The notes beneath the pieces were generated by a model. The model did not search any database and was not told the DNA's origin. It saw only the letters and a list, made by a program, of their open reading frames with translations. A DNA stretch of 39,783 nt. Origin: a virus. Lineage: Duplodnaviria; Caudoviricetes. The position numbers and the translations under genes were made by a program. Positions 1 through 9,140 of the stretch are shown here, in pieces (the first letter of the stretch is position 1; each line of letters begins with the position of its first letter). Location of the stretch: positions 1 through 39,783 of IMG/VR virus record IMGVR_UViG_3300032303_002095; one strand, 5' to 3'.

Positions 1-192
1 ACAGATAACGCCGTTGGCACCTTTTTCAGTGATTTCTTCGCCTTCTTCGTATTCTGGTGTAAATGAAACACGCATGAAGGCTGATGTGGTGTACGAGTCA
101 CCAGCACCGTTCATTAGATTGCCAGCGGCGTCGAGGCGGGTCACGCGAATTGACACGCCCTGAATGCTGGCTGCGTAGTCTTGAGTAGCCAT
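1..192 (-). CDS. Major tail (tube) protein, N-terminal part; runs off the left edge of the window
   Basis: Not in the ORF track; translated by hand from ATG at 192: MATQDYAASIQGVSIRVTRLDAAGNLMNGAGDSYTTSAFMRVSFTPEYEEGEEITEKGANGVIC. AAGGAG RBS at 204-209. The RVTRLD..G and YEEGEEI..K..NG..C motifs resemble actinophage major tail proteins, and the gene follows the capsid genes. Confidence 0.75.
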   Translation of the reverse strand, partial: MATQDYAASIQGVSIRVTRLDAAGNLMNGAGDSYTTSAFMRVSFTPEYEEGEEITEKGANGVIC

Positions 193-213
193 TTAGGACT
201 ATTCTCCTTATTT

Positions 214-1305
214 TTAGGCTGTTAGGTCTACCCGAACAGCAAGGTGGATTGACGTATCAAAGTAAACCGCCACGGGGCGGATTGCCTTGAGACGCATGTC
301 ATTCGCATTTCCCGACACATCATAAGCCTGGCTTAGATTGTCGTTTACGACATCAATATCGCCCACATATGTTCGGACGGTTCCTGTGCCATAAATCCAT
401 TTTGCAGAGTTGGTTCCCAACTGCTGAATGTAGCCAGTTACCGACTCTTGGGAACGGTTAGTGGCGCTTGCAATAGTAATTGTTACTGTGTCAGCGTCGA
501 CTTTAGTAACAACTGCTGTAGAAGTAGAAGACTGGTTGATGAGTGCTCCAACAACAGAGTAGCGAACAGTGTCACCAGCAAGAAGATAGTGGTCGCTCGT
601 TGTATTAATAGTCAACGTTGTGCTACCGCTAATAGTTGCAGTAGAAACCGCAATACGAGGACCGTTGCCAGTGTAGCCAGAACCTACTACCAGTGGAGTG
701 CCACCAAAAGTTTGTAGGTGGTCAAAGTTTTTGCTGTGGAAAAGCATTTGATTGTTGCTTGAGAGGATAGCGACTGTATCTCTAGTAGCGTGAATGACTC
801 CTTGCTCGCCAGATTCTGATACCACACCAATGCCATGTTCTAGTATTGCCAAAGCACGTTTTGACGAAAGTCCCGTACCATCAAGTACAGTGACACCAGA
901 AGAAACTAAAGCACGGTTGGGTTGGCTTTGCCCAATTCGGATATCCCCATCCCAGAGTTCTTTCTCCATAGCATCCTGAGTAACACCTTCAACTTGACGT
1001 TTGAGACGATCGATACGGTCAAGACCTAAGAATCCTAGAGTCGAGCGGTACTCTTCTACCTCAATAAAGAAAGGGTCGATTTTAGTGAAATAATTAGGAA
1101 CACCAGCAGTTACAACTACAGAACTAGTAGTGTCAGTGTCATCCCAGTTTGTGGCTGAGTAGAGTTCAGTTTCATATTCTTGAGAGAATCCACGAATCCA
1201 CCGGTCTTCGTCAGCAGAATTTTCTGGTTTTACGACAGTAAGTAGTCCAAAAGCGGAGGGCACAATCGGGGGTGCCTCTACAACGCCATTCGTGGGAAAG
1301 ACCAT
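214..1305 (-). CDS. Second capsid protein (major capsid pentamer-type) with an inserted Thr/Ser-rich beta domain
   Basis: 363 aa directly after the major capsid gene. Motifs GLL, RW..G, PFFIEV, A.EKELW, G.IH, GTPLVVGSGY and WIYGTG.V recall pentamer capsid proteins of cluster-B-like actinophages. Insertion ATISGSTTLTINTTSDHYLLAGDTV...VDADTVTI. Confidence 0.65.
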   Translation of the reverse strand: MVFPTNGVVEAPPIVPSAFGLLTVVKPENSADEDRWIRGFSQEYETELYSATNWDDTDTTSSVVVTAGVPNYFTKIDPFFIEVEEYRSTLGFLGLDRIDRLKRQVEGVTQDAMEKELWDGDIRIGQSQPNRALVSSGVTVLDGTGLSSKRALAILEHGIGVVSESGEQGVIHATRDTVAILSSNNQMLFHSKNFDHLQTFGGTPLVVGSGYTGNGPRIAVSTATISGSTTLTINTTSDHYLLAGDTVRYSVVGALINQSSTSTAVVTKVDADTVTITIASATNRSQESVTGYIQQLGTNSAKWIYGTGTVRTYVGDIDVVNDNLSQAYDVSGNANDMRLKAIRPVAVYFDTSIHLAVRVDLTA

Positions 1306-1340
1306 TTGATAAATCCTTTTGATTAGTTAAAGTTTTTTAT

Positions 1341-1383
1341 CCGGGCTACGGGCGGCCCCCGAAGGGGCCACCCGCAACTTCGG
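1341..1383 (-). terminator. Long GC-rich hairpin with UUCG tetraloop; terminator or attenuator without a U-tract
   Basis: Minus strand reads GTTGCGGGTGGCCCC-TTCG-GGGGCCGCCCGTAGC, about 14 nt after the capsid stop codon. It is followed by an A-run rather than a U-run. Confidence 0.7.
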
Positions 1384-1396
1384 GGTTAATCGTAGA

Positions 1397-3481
1397 TTAC
1401 TCTTCGATTGCAGCGGCGGTAGCGCCACCAGTGGTGTCGCGGAGGGCAGCAGCCACACCGTTAACCGAGATGCTCGTGGTGATAGCGAGTGACTCGATAC
1501 CAACCTTTGCGATACCTTCGAAGGTTTCAACGAACATCTTGTAGTCGTTGGTTCCGACGAGGGTCGAGTCACGGATGATACCGAGGTCGAGAGTTCCACC
1601 ATCAAGGAAGAGGAACGTGCCCTCTGCAAAGAGGTACCAGGTGAACTGGTCAGGGAACTCAAGAAGCTTAGCAGCAGAGCTACCCTGTGAAGCAAAGACG
1701 GTGAGGTCAGGGCTTGGGGTAAGCGTTACGTTGCTATTCGCAAGGTATCCTTCGATTTCCGAACGTGAAACACCAAGGTTTCCGTCACCGGGCATGTTGA
1801 GCGTGAGGTCAGCAGCCATGGCGTCATAGATCCATCTAGGAACAATAGCCTGGAGCTGAGTGTCAATAGCAATACGGTGGCGTGAACGGTAAGCTGCAGA
1901 AGCTTTACGAATCTGGACAAGGAAGTCACGAGCAAAACCAATGAGGCTAGCAGCTTCAGTGGTAACGACGTGTGCATTCACGTTGGACGAGCCAGCACCA
2001 ATCTTGGAGATAAGGTACTGCTCTGCCTCACGAGCGTGCTGAACGAGAGCAAGCTCGTTGTGACGAGCAATGAGCTCGGGGTACGCACGGGTCATGAGGT
2101 TACCGAACTGGAGCTGAAGGGTAACAGCGTCAGTTGCGACGGTGTTTTCTGCAGCAGCAGTGACGGTGTAGCTCGTCTTGGTTGCGGGGCTTGGCGTTGT
2201 AGCCGAGTCATTTGCAGCAGTCCAGACGCCAACAGCGTTGTCGTAGGTGCCATCAGCAAACGATGGAGGGGTAACAAAGCGGACACCACCACGGTCAGCC
2301 TGGAAACGTGGCAGTGAGTCACGAATTGGGCGTTCTGTGGTTGAGCCGATACCGAAGATGTCATACTTGACCTCGAATGGTGCAGCGTGACCACCGGAAG
2401 CAACAAGGGCTCCAGGACCAGAGACAGCGCCAATCTTGAGCATGTTAGCTTCAGTATCGGATGAGAGGGTGCGATCCTCGGGGAATGAAGTGACGATTGA
2501 AGCAACAATGTGCTGCTCTCCGTCTCCTCCGTTGACGCGGCGAAGCGAGTGGATTCGCTTTTCCATTGCCGAAGCAACTTCGCTCATGTCGGTTAGTGTC
2601 GTACCAGCGGTGTATCCAGGGATGTCTGCACCAGCGGTGATGGCTGTTGGTGCATAGTTAACCTCGATTACAGGCTGGCGATCAGCTGGGGCTTGGAAAC
2701 CCTCTTCTGCTGAGGCGGTCACGGGGGCCTGCTCTTCCTGCTCAACTTCTTGAGCGATTTCGGTTTTTTCGGTTTCTGCTTCGGCAGAGAATTCTTCTGC
2801 GTCTGCAACGGTCTCAACGACCTCCTCGATAGACTCAACGGTGTCATCGACAACCTCTGGGTCTTCGGGGTCAGATGAAAGCTCAACGGCTTCATCTACG
2901 GATGCTTCAGTAGTAACTTCTTCAGTAGCTTCTGCTACCTCTTCAGTAACTTCTTCAGCGGGGATTTCGGGTTCATCTGATGTAAACTCAGAACCTTCCA
3001 CCGCACTCATTGACGCGTCAGCAGACTCGGTGGCGGAATAGGACTTCATCATGTCCTTCTTCTTCTTTTCCTCGTCCTCTTCAGCAGGTGTTTCAGTAAT
3101 TTCTTCTTCAGGTGTTCCCTCGGGAGCTTCGCCTGGTGTTTCTCCTGGCATTTCCATAGGGGTACCTTCTGAAGGCATGTCTTCAACTGGTGTAACTGGT
3201 TCTTCAACCATGTCATCCTGCTGTACTTCCTCGCCCTTCACACGCATTGCAGCTTCAGCAGCTCGACCAGCAAGCTCCTCCATAGCTGCCTCACGGCGCT
3301 GAGTTTCACCTTTTACGGTGTCCAGCATATCGGCAAGGGTAGTCATAGCGTCAACTGATTCAACGGTGGGATCCTGGGACTCATAAGATTCAAACTCGCT
3401 TACGATAGCCTCTTGAAGCGTAGCGACTTGTTCGTCACTAAGCTCTGCAAGGTTATCAACTTGCGACTTAATCTGATCCAC
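1397..3481 (-). CDS. Major capsid protein (HK97-like, hexamer-type) with fused N-terminal acidic scaffold region
   Basis: 694 aa, GTG start with AAGGAGG RBS (3486-3492). N-terminal coiled-coil and E/D-rich region, then ALVASGGHAAP..YDI, LP.FQA.RGGVRF and GTFLFLDGGTLDLGIIRDSTL..TNDY..F.E.FE motifs typical of cluster-B-like capsids. It lies downstream of the protease gene. Confidence 0.85.
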   Translation of the reverse strand: MDQIKSQVDNLAELSDEQVATLQEAIVSEFESYESQDPTVESVDAMTTLADMLDTVKGETQRREAAMEELAGRAAEAAMRVKGEEVQQDDMVEEPVTPVEDMPSEGTPMEMPGETPGEAPEGTPEEEITETPAEEDEEKKKKDMMKSYSATESADASMSAVEGSEFTSDEPEIPAEEVTEEVAEATEEVTTEASVDEAVELSSDPEDPEVVDDTVESIEEVVETVADAEEFSAEAETEKTEIAQEVEQEEQAPVTASAEEGFQAPADRQPVIEVNYAPTAITAGADIPGYTAGTTLTDMSEVASAMEKRIHSLRRVNGGDGEQHIVASIVTSFPEDRTLSSDTEANMLKIGAVSGPGALVASGGHAAPFEVKYDIFGIGSTTERPIRDSLPRFQADRGGVRFVTPPSFADGTYDNAVGVWTAANDSATTPSPATKTSYTVTAAAENTVATDAVTLQLQFGNLMTRAYPELIARHNELALVQHAREAEQYLISKIGAGSSNVNAHVVTTEAASLIGFARDFLVQIRKASAAYRSRHRIAIDTQLQAIVPRWIYDAMAADLTLNMPGDGNLGVSRSEIEGYLANSNVTLTPSPDLTVFASQGSSAAKLLEFPDQFTWYLFAEGTFLFLDGGTLDLGIIRDSTLVGTNDYKMFVETFEGIAKVGIESLAITTSISVNGVAAALRDTTGGATAAAIEE

Positions 3482-3503
3482 TGATCCTCCTTAAGGACAG
3501 TTG

Positions 3504-3522
3504 TGTGAGCGACTTTCGCTCA
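3504..3522 (-). promoter_or_regulatory. Stem-loop in the major capsid 5' leader
   Basis: Perfect 8-bp stem GTGAGCGA-AAG-TCGCTCAC about 12 nt upstream of the RBS (coordinates approximate to within 1-2 nt). Confidence 0.55.
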
Positions 3523-3579
3523 CGGCTTAGGTCAAGGTAAAGGGACTACATATACTAGATATGAAGGCACTCCACCTAT

Positions 3580-3598
3580 AAACAATTGTACATTGTTT
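3580..3598 (-). promoter_or_regulatory. Putative capsid promoter (-10 TACAAT) embedded in an inverted repeat
   Basis: Minus strand AAACAAT-GTACA-ATTGTTT contains TACAAT, with an A-rich upstream region. It sits in the intergenic gap before the major capsid gene. Confidence 0.5.
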
Positions 3599-3614
3599 TT
3601 ATTTTCTTTATTAT

Positions 3615-6600
3615 TTAGGTAAGAAGGCGTAGCATCTTAGCCATCTCCGAGGAAATGTCTGATTGGCTATAGATATCGCTTCCAGACAAAAAGCCTTTTA
3701 GCCCGCTAGTAACCTCTGCTGCATCGTCTTTACCTATTTTCTTCTCAACCCGATCAATCATGTCTTCCATGAGTTGTTGTAGGGCTGGGGGAAGATCCGA
3801 GAATCTAACTTTTTCAGCTTGATTCTTAAAAGGTAGTGGTAGGTTTGCAATAACCTTCCCCAGTTCTGCCGCAGTTTTGCGGACATTTTCTAGGGATACT
3901 TTATTCAAAGACCCTGAATCTAAGCGGTCAAGAAGTTTAATAAGTTCTTTTCCTGCTTTTGCAGCATCTTCGTAATTACCAAGACCGGTAATGTTGTCTA
4001 CCTCTTTAATTTTTTCATTAACATCTTGAAGTCCTGAATCTCCAAGATCTTGCTTCAGTCTTGCAAGAACTTGACGAAACCGACCTGAAACATCACGCGG
4101 CTGATTTACTCCAGGAGTGAACTTATATCCACGAACGGCGGGAGTCCCGTTTTCTTTAGATATAGGTCCATCAACTGGTACATCCTCAGCCGCGAATGCT
4201 TTTCCCAGGGCGTCCTGGGCAGCAGATAGTCGAGACTTAAGATCTTTAGCACTAGCAGTAATTGCGGCGCTCTTCTCATTTTTCCATTTTTCTGGAATCA
4301 AGTGTCGAACATTCAACTGTCGTGCACGCTTTTCGATGTGCTTTTTGACTTTTGCTCGATCCTCTGGGTTTGAGCGACCATATGCCTGAATAGCATTTTT
4401 AAGATCATCTACGTCACTGATAGGGTATGACCCATCAGGAAGAGCATGTCCTTTTTCAGCAAGCTTGTTTCTTTCATCACGTGAGATATATCCAAACTCA
4501 GACATTTTTCCTTTAAGTGAGGCAACTCGAGCTTCAAGTTCTTCCTTGGGAGTGACAACATTCTCAAGTCTATTAAGTCTTGCTTGCATGTCTGCAAAGG
4601 GGTCTGATTTCATTTTTGCAAGAGTCTGTGCCCCAGCTGCAACAAGAGCCATAACCGAACCAGAAGCAACACGAGCACGTGCAATTGGGAATCCGGGGAC
4701 GTTAACTTGACAGACAGCTACAAGTTCAAGAGATCCGCGGATTGGACGCCAATCACCTGATGGTGCTGAAGCACGAATTGCACGAACCTGTTCAGGAGAA
4801 GTCCCTGGTCGTAAAGAGCCAGCTACCCAAATGCCGTAAGCATCTTCTCCAGCGTGAACATCAGCAAAAGCCGAAGCAGTATCATCGTAATGCTTAACGG
4901 CTTCCATAGCAGATGCCTCGAGTGAGGCATGTCCACCCGCAAGAGTTAGCTGCCCTACAGGAACGTCGCTACCGTCATCTGATCGAACAACTCCTGTGTG
5001 AAAATATGCATAGCCACTACGTGACTTTGGTGGCTTAGTTCCATATGCCATTCCAATGTGGTCAACGTGCCATGCTGCAATATGGCCAAATACGCGGCCT
5101 GCGTCGTCGACAGTAAGTGGGGTTGCCTGCTTAAGACGGGGGTTATCAAACCACTCTCTTGGCGGAACAACTGGAATTGCTCCAGCAATCATGCCGCATG
5201 CCACTAAAGCATCAGCGTCAAAATTATCCACTTCATCGACATAGATCCCATCGGGAACCATGCTTTCCTCCTGTTTTGTGAGATTTCCGTCTTCAAGTAG
5301 GCGAATAGAGCACTCTTGAAAAGCGGGCTTAGGTACAATTGTAGCAGCCATAACTCTGGCTTTATTTATGGTAATTTTCTTCTTTTTAACTTCATCGTCC
5401 TCATTTTCAGACGCTTCAGATCTATCTTCTTGAGCTTCAAACTGATCCATATCGGCTGAAATTCCCCGGATAAACCCATTTCGAACTAGACGTTCTGCTT
5501 CTCTTCCATATGGTCCATTATCGAATACTCCGTAAGCATCCCCTAAACCTTCGTCAGTTCTAACAAGTCTTTCAATTTTTCCAACTACAACAGACCCATC
5601 GTGGCCAGCTGCACTTTTAATCTGCCAAAGTAGAGGTAGTGGAAGTTCGCGCATTGTAATTGAACCTTTGCGGAACTTTCTTCCATCTCCAGATTCAATT
5701 CCTTCAGGAATAAGAAGAGGGATATAGAATTTAGCACCCATCTGAGGAGAAGCGTCAGCAATAATTCCAAAACGCTCTCTAGCATCTTCTGCTCGTGCTG
5801 TAGTGATTGCATTTTCAATTACTTGGGCAGTTGAGTTAACCAATTCTGTACTAAAAACACTACGACCATTTTTTTGTTTTCCATAGAGTTGACGGTGTTT
5901 TTTATCTCCAGTCCACATCCCAGTAACTTCTTTGTGACGTAGAGAGCAGTATCCTTTGGATCTTGGACCCATATATTTAGATAAGTTCTTGACACATCTC
6001 GTCCAGTCACCGCCCATACCCCAACGAATCTTTGCTGCACCCTTACCAACAGTCCAGTAACGGCGAAGTTCTTCAGCATTTCCACGGTTGCGATCAAGAC
6101 CACCAGCTGCAATTAGCGATTCAAATTCTTTATCAGAGCATCTTGCCAACTCTTCTAGAGCAAAAATAATAGACTCTTCTGGGCTCCAAGACGCATCATA
6201 GATATCGTCATGCTCTTGCATAATTTTTTCAATTGGCATAAGCATGTCTTTATCAGTAACTTCAGTTGGGGCACCAATATTTTCTCCCCAAACTTCTTCC
6301 ATAATAAATTCCTGGTTTGAATTGTTTTTTGCTCGGTCCATCTTTGCATGAGTTGAAGTGTAATATCCAAGAGCGTCCTTGTGGCGTAGCTGGCAGTAGC
6401 CCTTAGCGCGGACACCCATGTACTTGGAGAGGTGACGTACGCAACGCTTCCAGTCTCCAGGAGTGCCCCATCGGATCTTTGCAGCACCTTTTCCTCTAGT
6501 CCAGTAGCGACGAAGCTGCTCTGCATTTCCTCTATTTCTATCCCAACCTCCAGCTGCAACAAGAGAAAAAACTGCTTTGAAACTCTCGTCATACGACCTA

Positions 6601-8606
6601 TTTGGGTCAATAGTACTTAAAAATGCTCTACCATAAGAGTCAACTACATCTTTGTTTGGGCCCCACAAAACCATAAGTAGATGATCAATACTATGGACTC
6701 CAGATGCTGTCATGCTTGACTCATCGACCTGAAGAAGAACATCATTTAGTGTTGAACTGTCTAAAGGAATAACGGGAGGGGGTGTTGCAGATTTAAAATC
6801 ATTAAGAATATTTTCATCTTTAACCCATTGACCTTTATCACGCTTATATGTCATAGGAGCTGTAGATGTCGAGCTGACCGGGACAACTGCAACCAAATCC
6901 ATTACTGCCCGAGGATCATCATCAGCAACAATTGCAAAATACATAGGCTGTACGTCAGAATTTTCAGGAGTCATTCTGACTGATTTTTGTGCTTTAGTTT
7001 TTCCTAAAGGAGTAGCTGCAACAATAGGCTTAGCCCAAGGCTGCTCGCCTACTTCTTCTTTTTTTCTTTTAAGATTTGCTCTCCAGCGTTTAAAAAGAGG
7101 GTGATTATATGCTTCTTTATCTTCAAATGCAGAACTTTGAATTCCCTTGCCGCTAGCAGCACGTTGTTCTTGGACCCATGCCGGCCAGTTATATAAAACA
7201 TCGTGCAGGTCATCTGCAGTCATGGCTGGAAGAGTACCAGGTAAGTGCGCATATGGCTGATTAATAGGAGTTCTTGGTTTACCAAGAATTCCTGAAACAT
7301 CTAGAGGTCTACCAAGCTCTTCTTGAAGTGGGGGAGCCTCCTGTCCACCTTCTTCTCTTGGTTTTGTTTTATTTGCAGGGACATTGATAGTCTCTCCGCC
7401 ATCAGTTTGAATAGAAACTTGACCAGTAGATGGGTCTGTACCAGTGATGATACCCGAGGCAGCGGGATTACCAGCAACCGTAACGCTTTGTCCTTGCTTT
7501 GCAAATCGGCCAAGTACATTTCTCATCTGAGAAGATGCATTCTGCGACCTCTCCTCTGGGCTATAGACCTTATCCGTTGGATTAATTCCAGCGGCAGTGA
7601 GAGTATGATCAATAATTTCCCAGTCAATATCCTCTGCTGCAAACATAACTAGTCTAGCCTCTTCGGCATCAATTTCTGATACAGAGATATAGTGATCGGG
7701 ATTTTGATGCTGTTTTGCAGCAATAATAATTGCAGAATCCGGGTCAATTGGGATAATTGACTTTTCTACTAGATCAAACTCATCGTCTAGTTCGGAATTA
7801 TATGAGTATACATCACCATCAGATACACCAAGAGTATCCCACTGGCCGTCATCCCAAACGTAAATAGAGCTGTCAATGTCTACTTTATAAAGTCGATCAA
7901 TCCCAGATCCATCCATACGGACTCGAGCTAAAAAGTCAGGAGATGATAAGTGACCTTCAGTCATTGCTTTAGAGAATGATTCTAGGTCTGGTCCTGAAGC
8001 AGCAGATGCAGTAGTTGACTTCTTTTTATCCTCGCGTTCTACGATTGCCTGAGCCCAACGCCACGCAACATCGCCACCCCAAAGGGCCCATGCAATTCTA
8101 CCGTTTGAGGGAAAGTTATCTTCTCCAGGGCTCCAGCCCTTACCTTTTTTATCTACTTCGTGTCTTGGAAAATATTTTGCAATGTGGCGAACTTTTTTGA
8201 TTCCAAGTTGTCCTCCGCGAGCAAGAGTGCGAGCAGTATTTAGACCAACTGGTGTCCCACCCCTGTGGTGTTCTTTTCTCCACTCAAGAGCTTTTTCAGC
8301 TTCAGATTGAGCACCCTTGGGGATTGTGTATAGACGATCACCAGATGAACCAGCTGCGGTAATAGTAATGTTTAAATCAACTAATGAAGCTGATGCTAAT
8401 TCAAATGAAGTGGAGAGGTCAATTTCTTCATCATTACCCCAGATGTACTCACTAGAGAGTTCTTTCTCTGAACCAGACTTTATAATGAGGTTATGGTCTG
8501 TGTCAACAATAACTGCAGACCCTGCATGAGCAAAAAGAGCTAAAGACCCATTTGTTCCTAGGAACTCAAGATCCCTACTTAAATTACTCATTAAAAAGTC
8601 CTCCAT
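3615..8606 (-). CDS. Capsid maturation (prohead) protease multidomain fusion protein
   Basis: 1663 aa immediately upstream of the capsid gene. It has an HK97-type protease-like segment (EGIESGDGR..LPLPLLWQ..GHDGSVVVG..RGISAD..AATIVPKPAF) and a second actinophage protease-associated segment (GRVFGHIA.W..GGHA..HYDD..GIWVAG..PSGDWR..VNVPGFP). It also carries two ~65-aa repeats and other small head-associated domains. Confidence 0.8.
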   Translation of the reverse strand: MEDFLMSNLSRDLEFLGTNGSLALFAHAGSAVIVDTDHNLIIKSGSEKELSSEYIWGNDEEIDLSTSFELASASLVDLNITITAAGSSGDRLYTIPKGAQSEAEKALEWRKEHHRGGTPVGLNTARTLARGGQLGIKKVRHIAKYFPRHEVDKKGKGWSPGEDNFPSNGRIAWALWGGDVAWRWAQAIVEREDKKKSTTASAASGPDLESFSKAMTEGHLSSPDFLARVRMDGSGIDRLYKVDIDSSIYVWDDGQWDTLGVSDGDVYSYNSELDDEFDLVEKSIIPIDPDSAIIIAAKQHQNPDHYISVSEIDAEEARLVMFAAEDIDWEIIDHTLTAAGINPTDKVYSPEERSQNASSQMRNVLGRFAKQGQSVTVAGNPAASGIITGTDPSTGQVSIQTDGGETINVPANKTKPREEGGQEAPPLQEELGRPLDVSGILGKPRTPINQPYAHLPGTLPAMTADDLHDVLYNWPAWVQEQRAASGKGIQSSAFEDKEAYNHPLFKRWRANLKRKKEEVGEQPWAKPIVAATPLGKTKAQKSVRMTPENSDVQPMYFAIVADDDPRAVMDLVAVVPVSSTSTAPMTYKRDKGQWVKDENILNDFKSATPPPVIPLDSSTLNDVLLQVDESSMTASGVHSIDHLLMVLWGPNKDVVDSYGRAFLSTIDPNRSYDESFKAVFSLVAAGGWDRNRGNAEQLRRYWTRGKGAAKIRWGTPGDWKRCVRHLSKYMGVRAKGYCQLRHKDALGYYTSTHAKMDRAKNNSNQEFIMEEVWGENIGAPTEVTDKDMLMPIEKIMQEHDDIYDASWSPEESIIFALEELARCSDKEFESLIAAGGLDRNRGNAEELRRYWTVGKGAAKIRWGMGGDWTRCVKNLSKYMGPRSKGYCSLRHKEVTGMWTGDKKHRQLYGKQKNGRSVFSTELVNSTAQVIENAITTARAEDARERFGIIADASPQMGAKFYIPLLIPEGIESGDGRKFRKGSITMRELPLPLLWQIKSAAGHDGSVVVGKIERLVRTDEGLGDAYGVFDNGPYGREAERLVRNGFIRGISADMDQFEAQEDRSEASENEDDEVKKKKITINKARVMAATIVPKPAFQECSIRLLEDGNLTKQEESMVPDGIYVDEVDNFDADALVACGMIAGAIPVVPPREWFDNPRLKQATPLTVDDAGRVFGHIAAWHVDHIGMAYGTKPPKSRSGYAYFHTGVVRSDDGSDVPVGQLTLAGGHASLEASAMEAVKHYDDTASAFADVHAGEDAYGIWVAGSLRPGTSPEQVRAIRASAPSGDWRPIRGSLELVAVCQVNVPGFPIARARVASGSVMALVAAGAQTLAKMKSDPFADMQARLNRLENVVTPKEELEARVASLKGKMSEFGYISRDERNKLAEKGHALPDGSYPISDVDDLKNAIQAYGRSNPEDRAKVKKHIEKRARQLNVRHLIPEKWKNEKSAAITASAKDLKSRLSAAQDALGKAFAAEDVPVDGPISKENGTPAVRGYKFTPGVNQPRDVSGRFRQVLARLKQDLGDSGLQDVNEKIKEVDNITGLGNYEDAAKAGKELIKLLDRLDSGSLNKVSLENVRKTAAELGKVIANLPLPFKNQAEKVRFSDLPPALQQLMEDMIDRVEKKIGKDDAAEVTSGLKGFLSGSDIYSQSDISSEMAKMLRLLT
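5915..6560 (-). repeat. Two copies of a ~65-aa domain inside the protease fusion
   Basis: AAGGWDRNRGNAEQLRRYWTRGKGAAKIRWGTPGDWKRCVRHLSKYMGVRAKGYCQLRH (~6380-6560) and AAGGLDRNRGNAEELRRYWTVGKGAAKIRWGMGGDWTRCVKNLSKYMGPRSKGYCSLRH (~5930-6110). Confidence 0.9.
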
Positions 8607-8639
8607 AGGGAATAGAACATAAACACAAGAAGGTGTTTG

Positions 8640-9140
8640 TTATTCTATTGTATCAGTTTTGATTTTTGCAGATTTTTTTAAATCTTGCTTAAATTGAGAT
8701 AGTGGGTAATCTTCTTCAGGGATGTCCCGAGTTTCTAAATCAAGAATAAACATTTGATCTTCAAAATTTAAATCAGAATAAAATTTAATTCCATCTTTTT
8801 TAATTTTTTCAGATAGGGCTGTAATTCTTTCAACCTCTTCTGGAAAAAAATCAAATACAGCATCTATGCACCAAGATATTTTGTCGACAAATTTAGGATT
8901 TACCGGGCTCTCTCCAATAAATAAATATACTTCTTTTCTTAAATCATCTGGCATCGGATAGGCAGAAGGTAGTTTAAGAAATTCTAAAAGCTGTTTTTTA
9001 ATTTTACTATCTTGATCCTCAGACACTCCTACTTCGCCTACAAAATCTTTTAAAGTACTGACTCCGGAAAAATCCCAAGTCCCTTTTTTAGCCCAATCTG
9101 AGCCACTCATAGAAGAGTCTATTTTTATGTAATCACTCAT
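8640..9140 (-). CDS. Hypothetical protein; possible immunity/partner of the upstream ADP-ribosyltransferase-like domain
   Basis: 166 aa. Its ATG overlaps the stop of the giant gene (ATGA, 9137-9140). Motifs DWAKKGTWD and FLKLPSAYPMP. The function is inferred from position only. Confidence 0.55.
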   Translation of the reverse strand: MSDYIKIDSSMSGSDWAKKGTWDFSGVSTLKDFVGEVGVSEDQDSKIKKQLLEFLKLPSAYPMPDDLRKEVYLFIGESPVNPKFVDKISWCIDAVFDFFPEEVERITALSEKIKKDGIKFYSDLNFEDQMFILDLETRDIPEEDYPLSQFKQDLKKSAKIKTDTIE

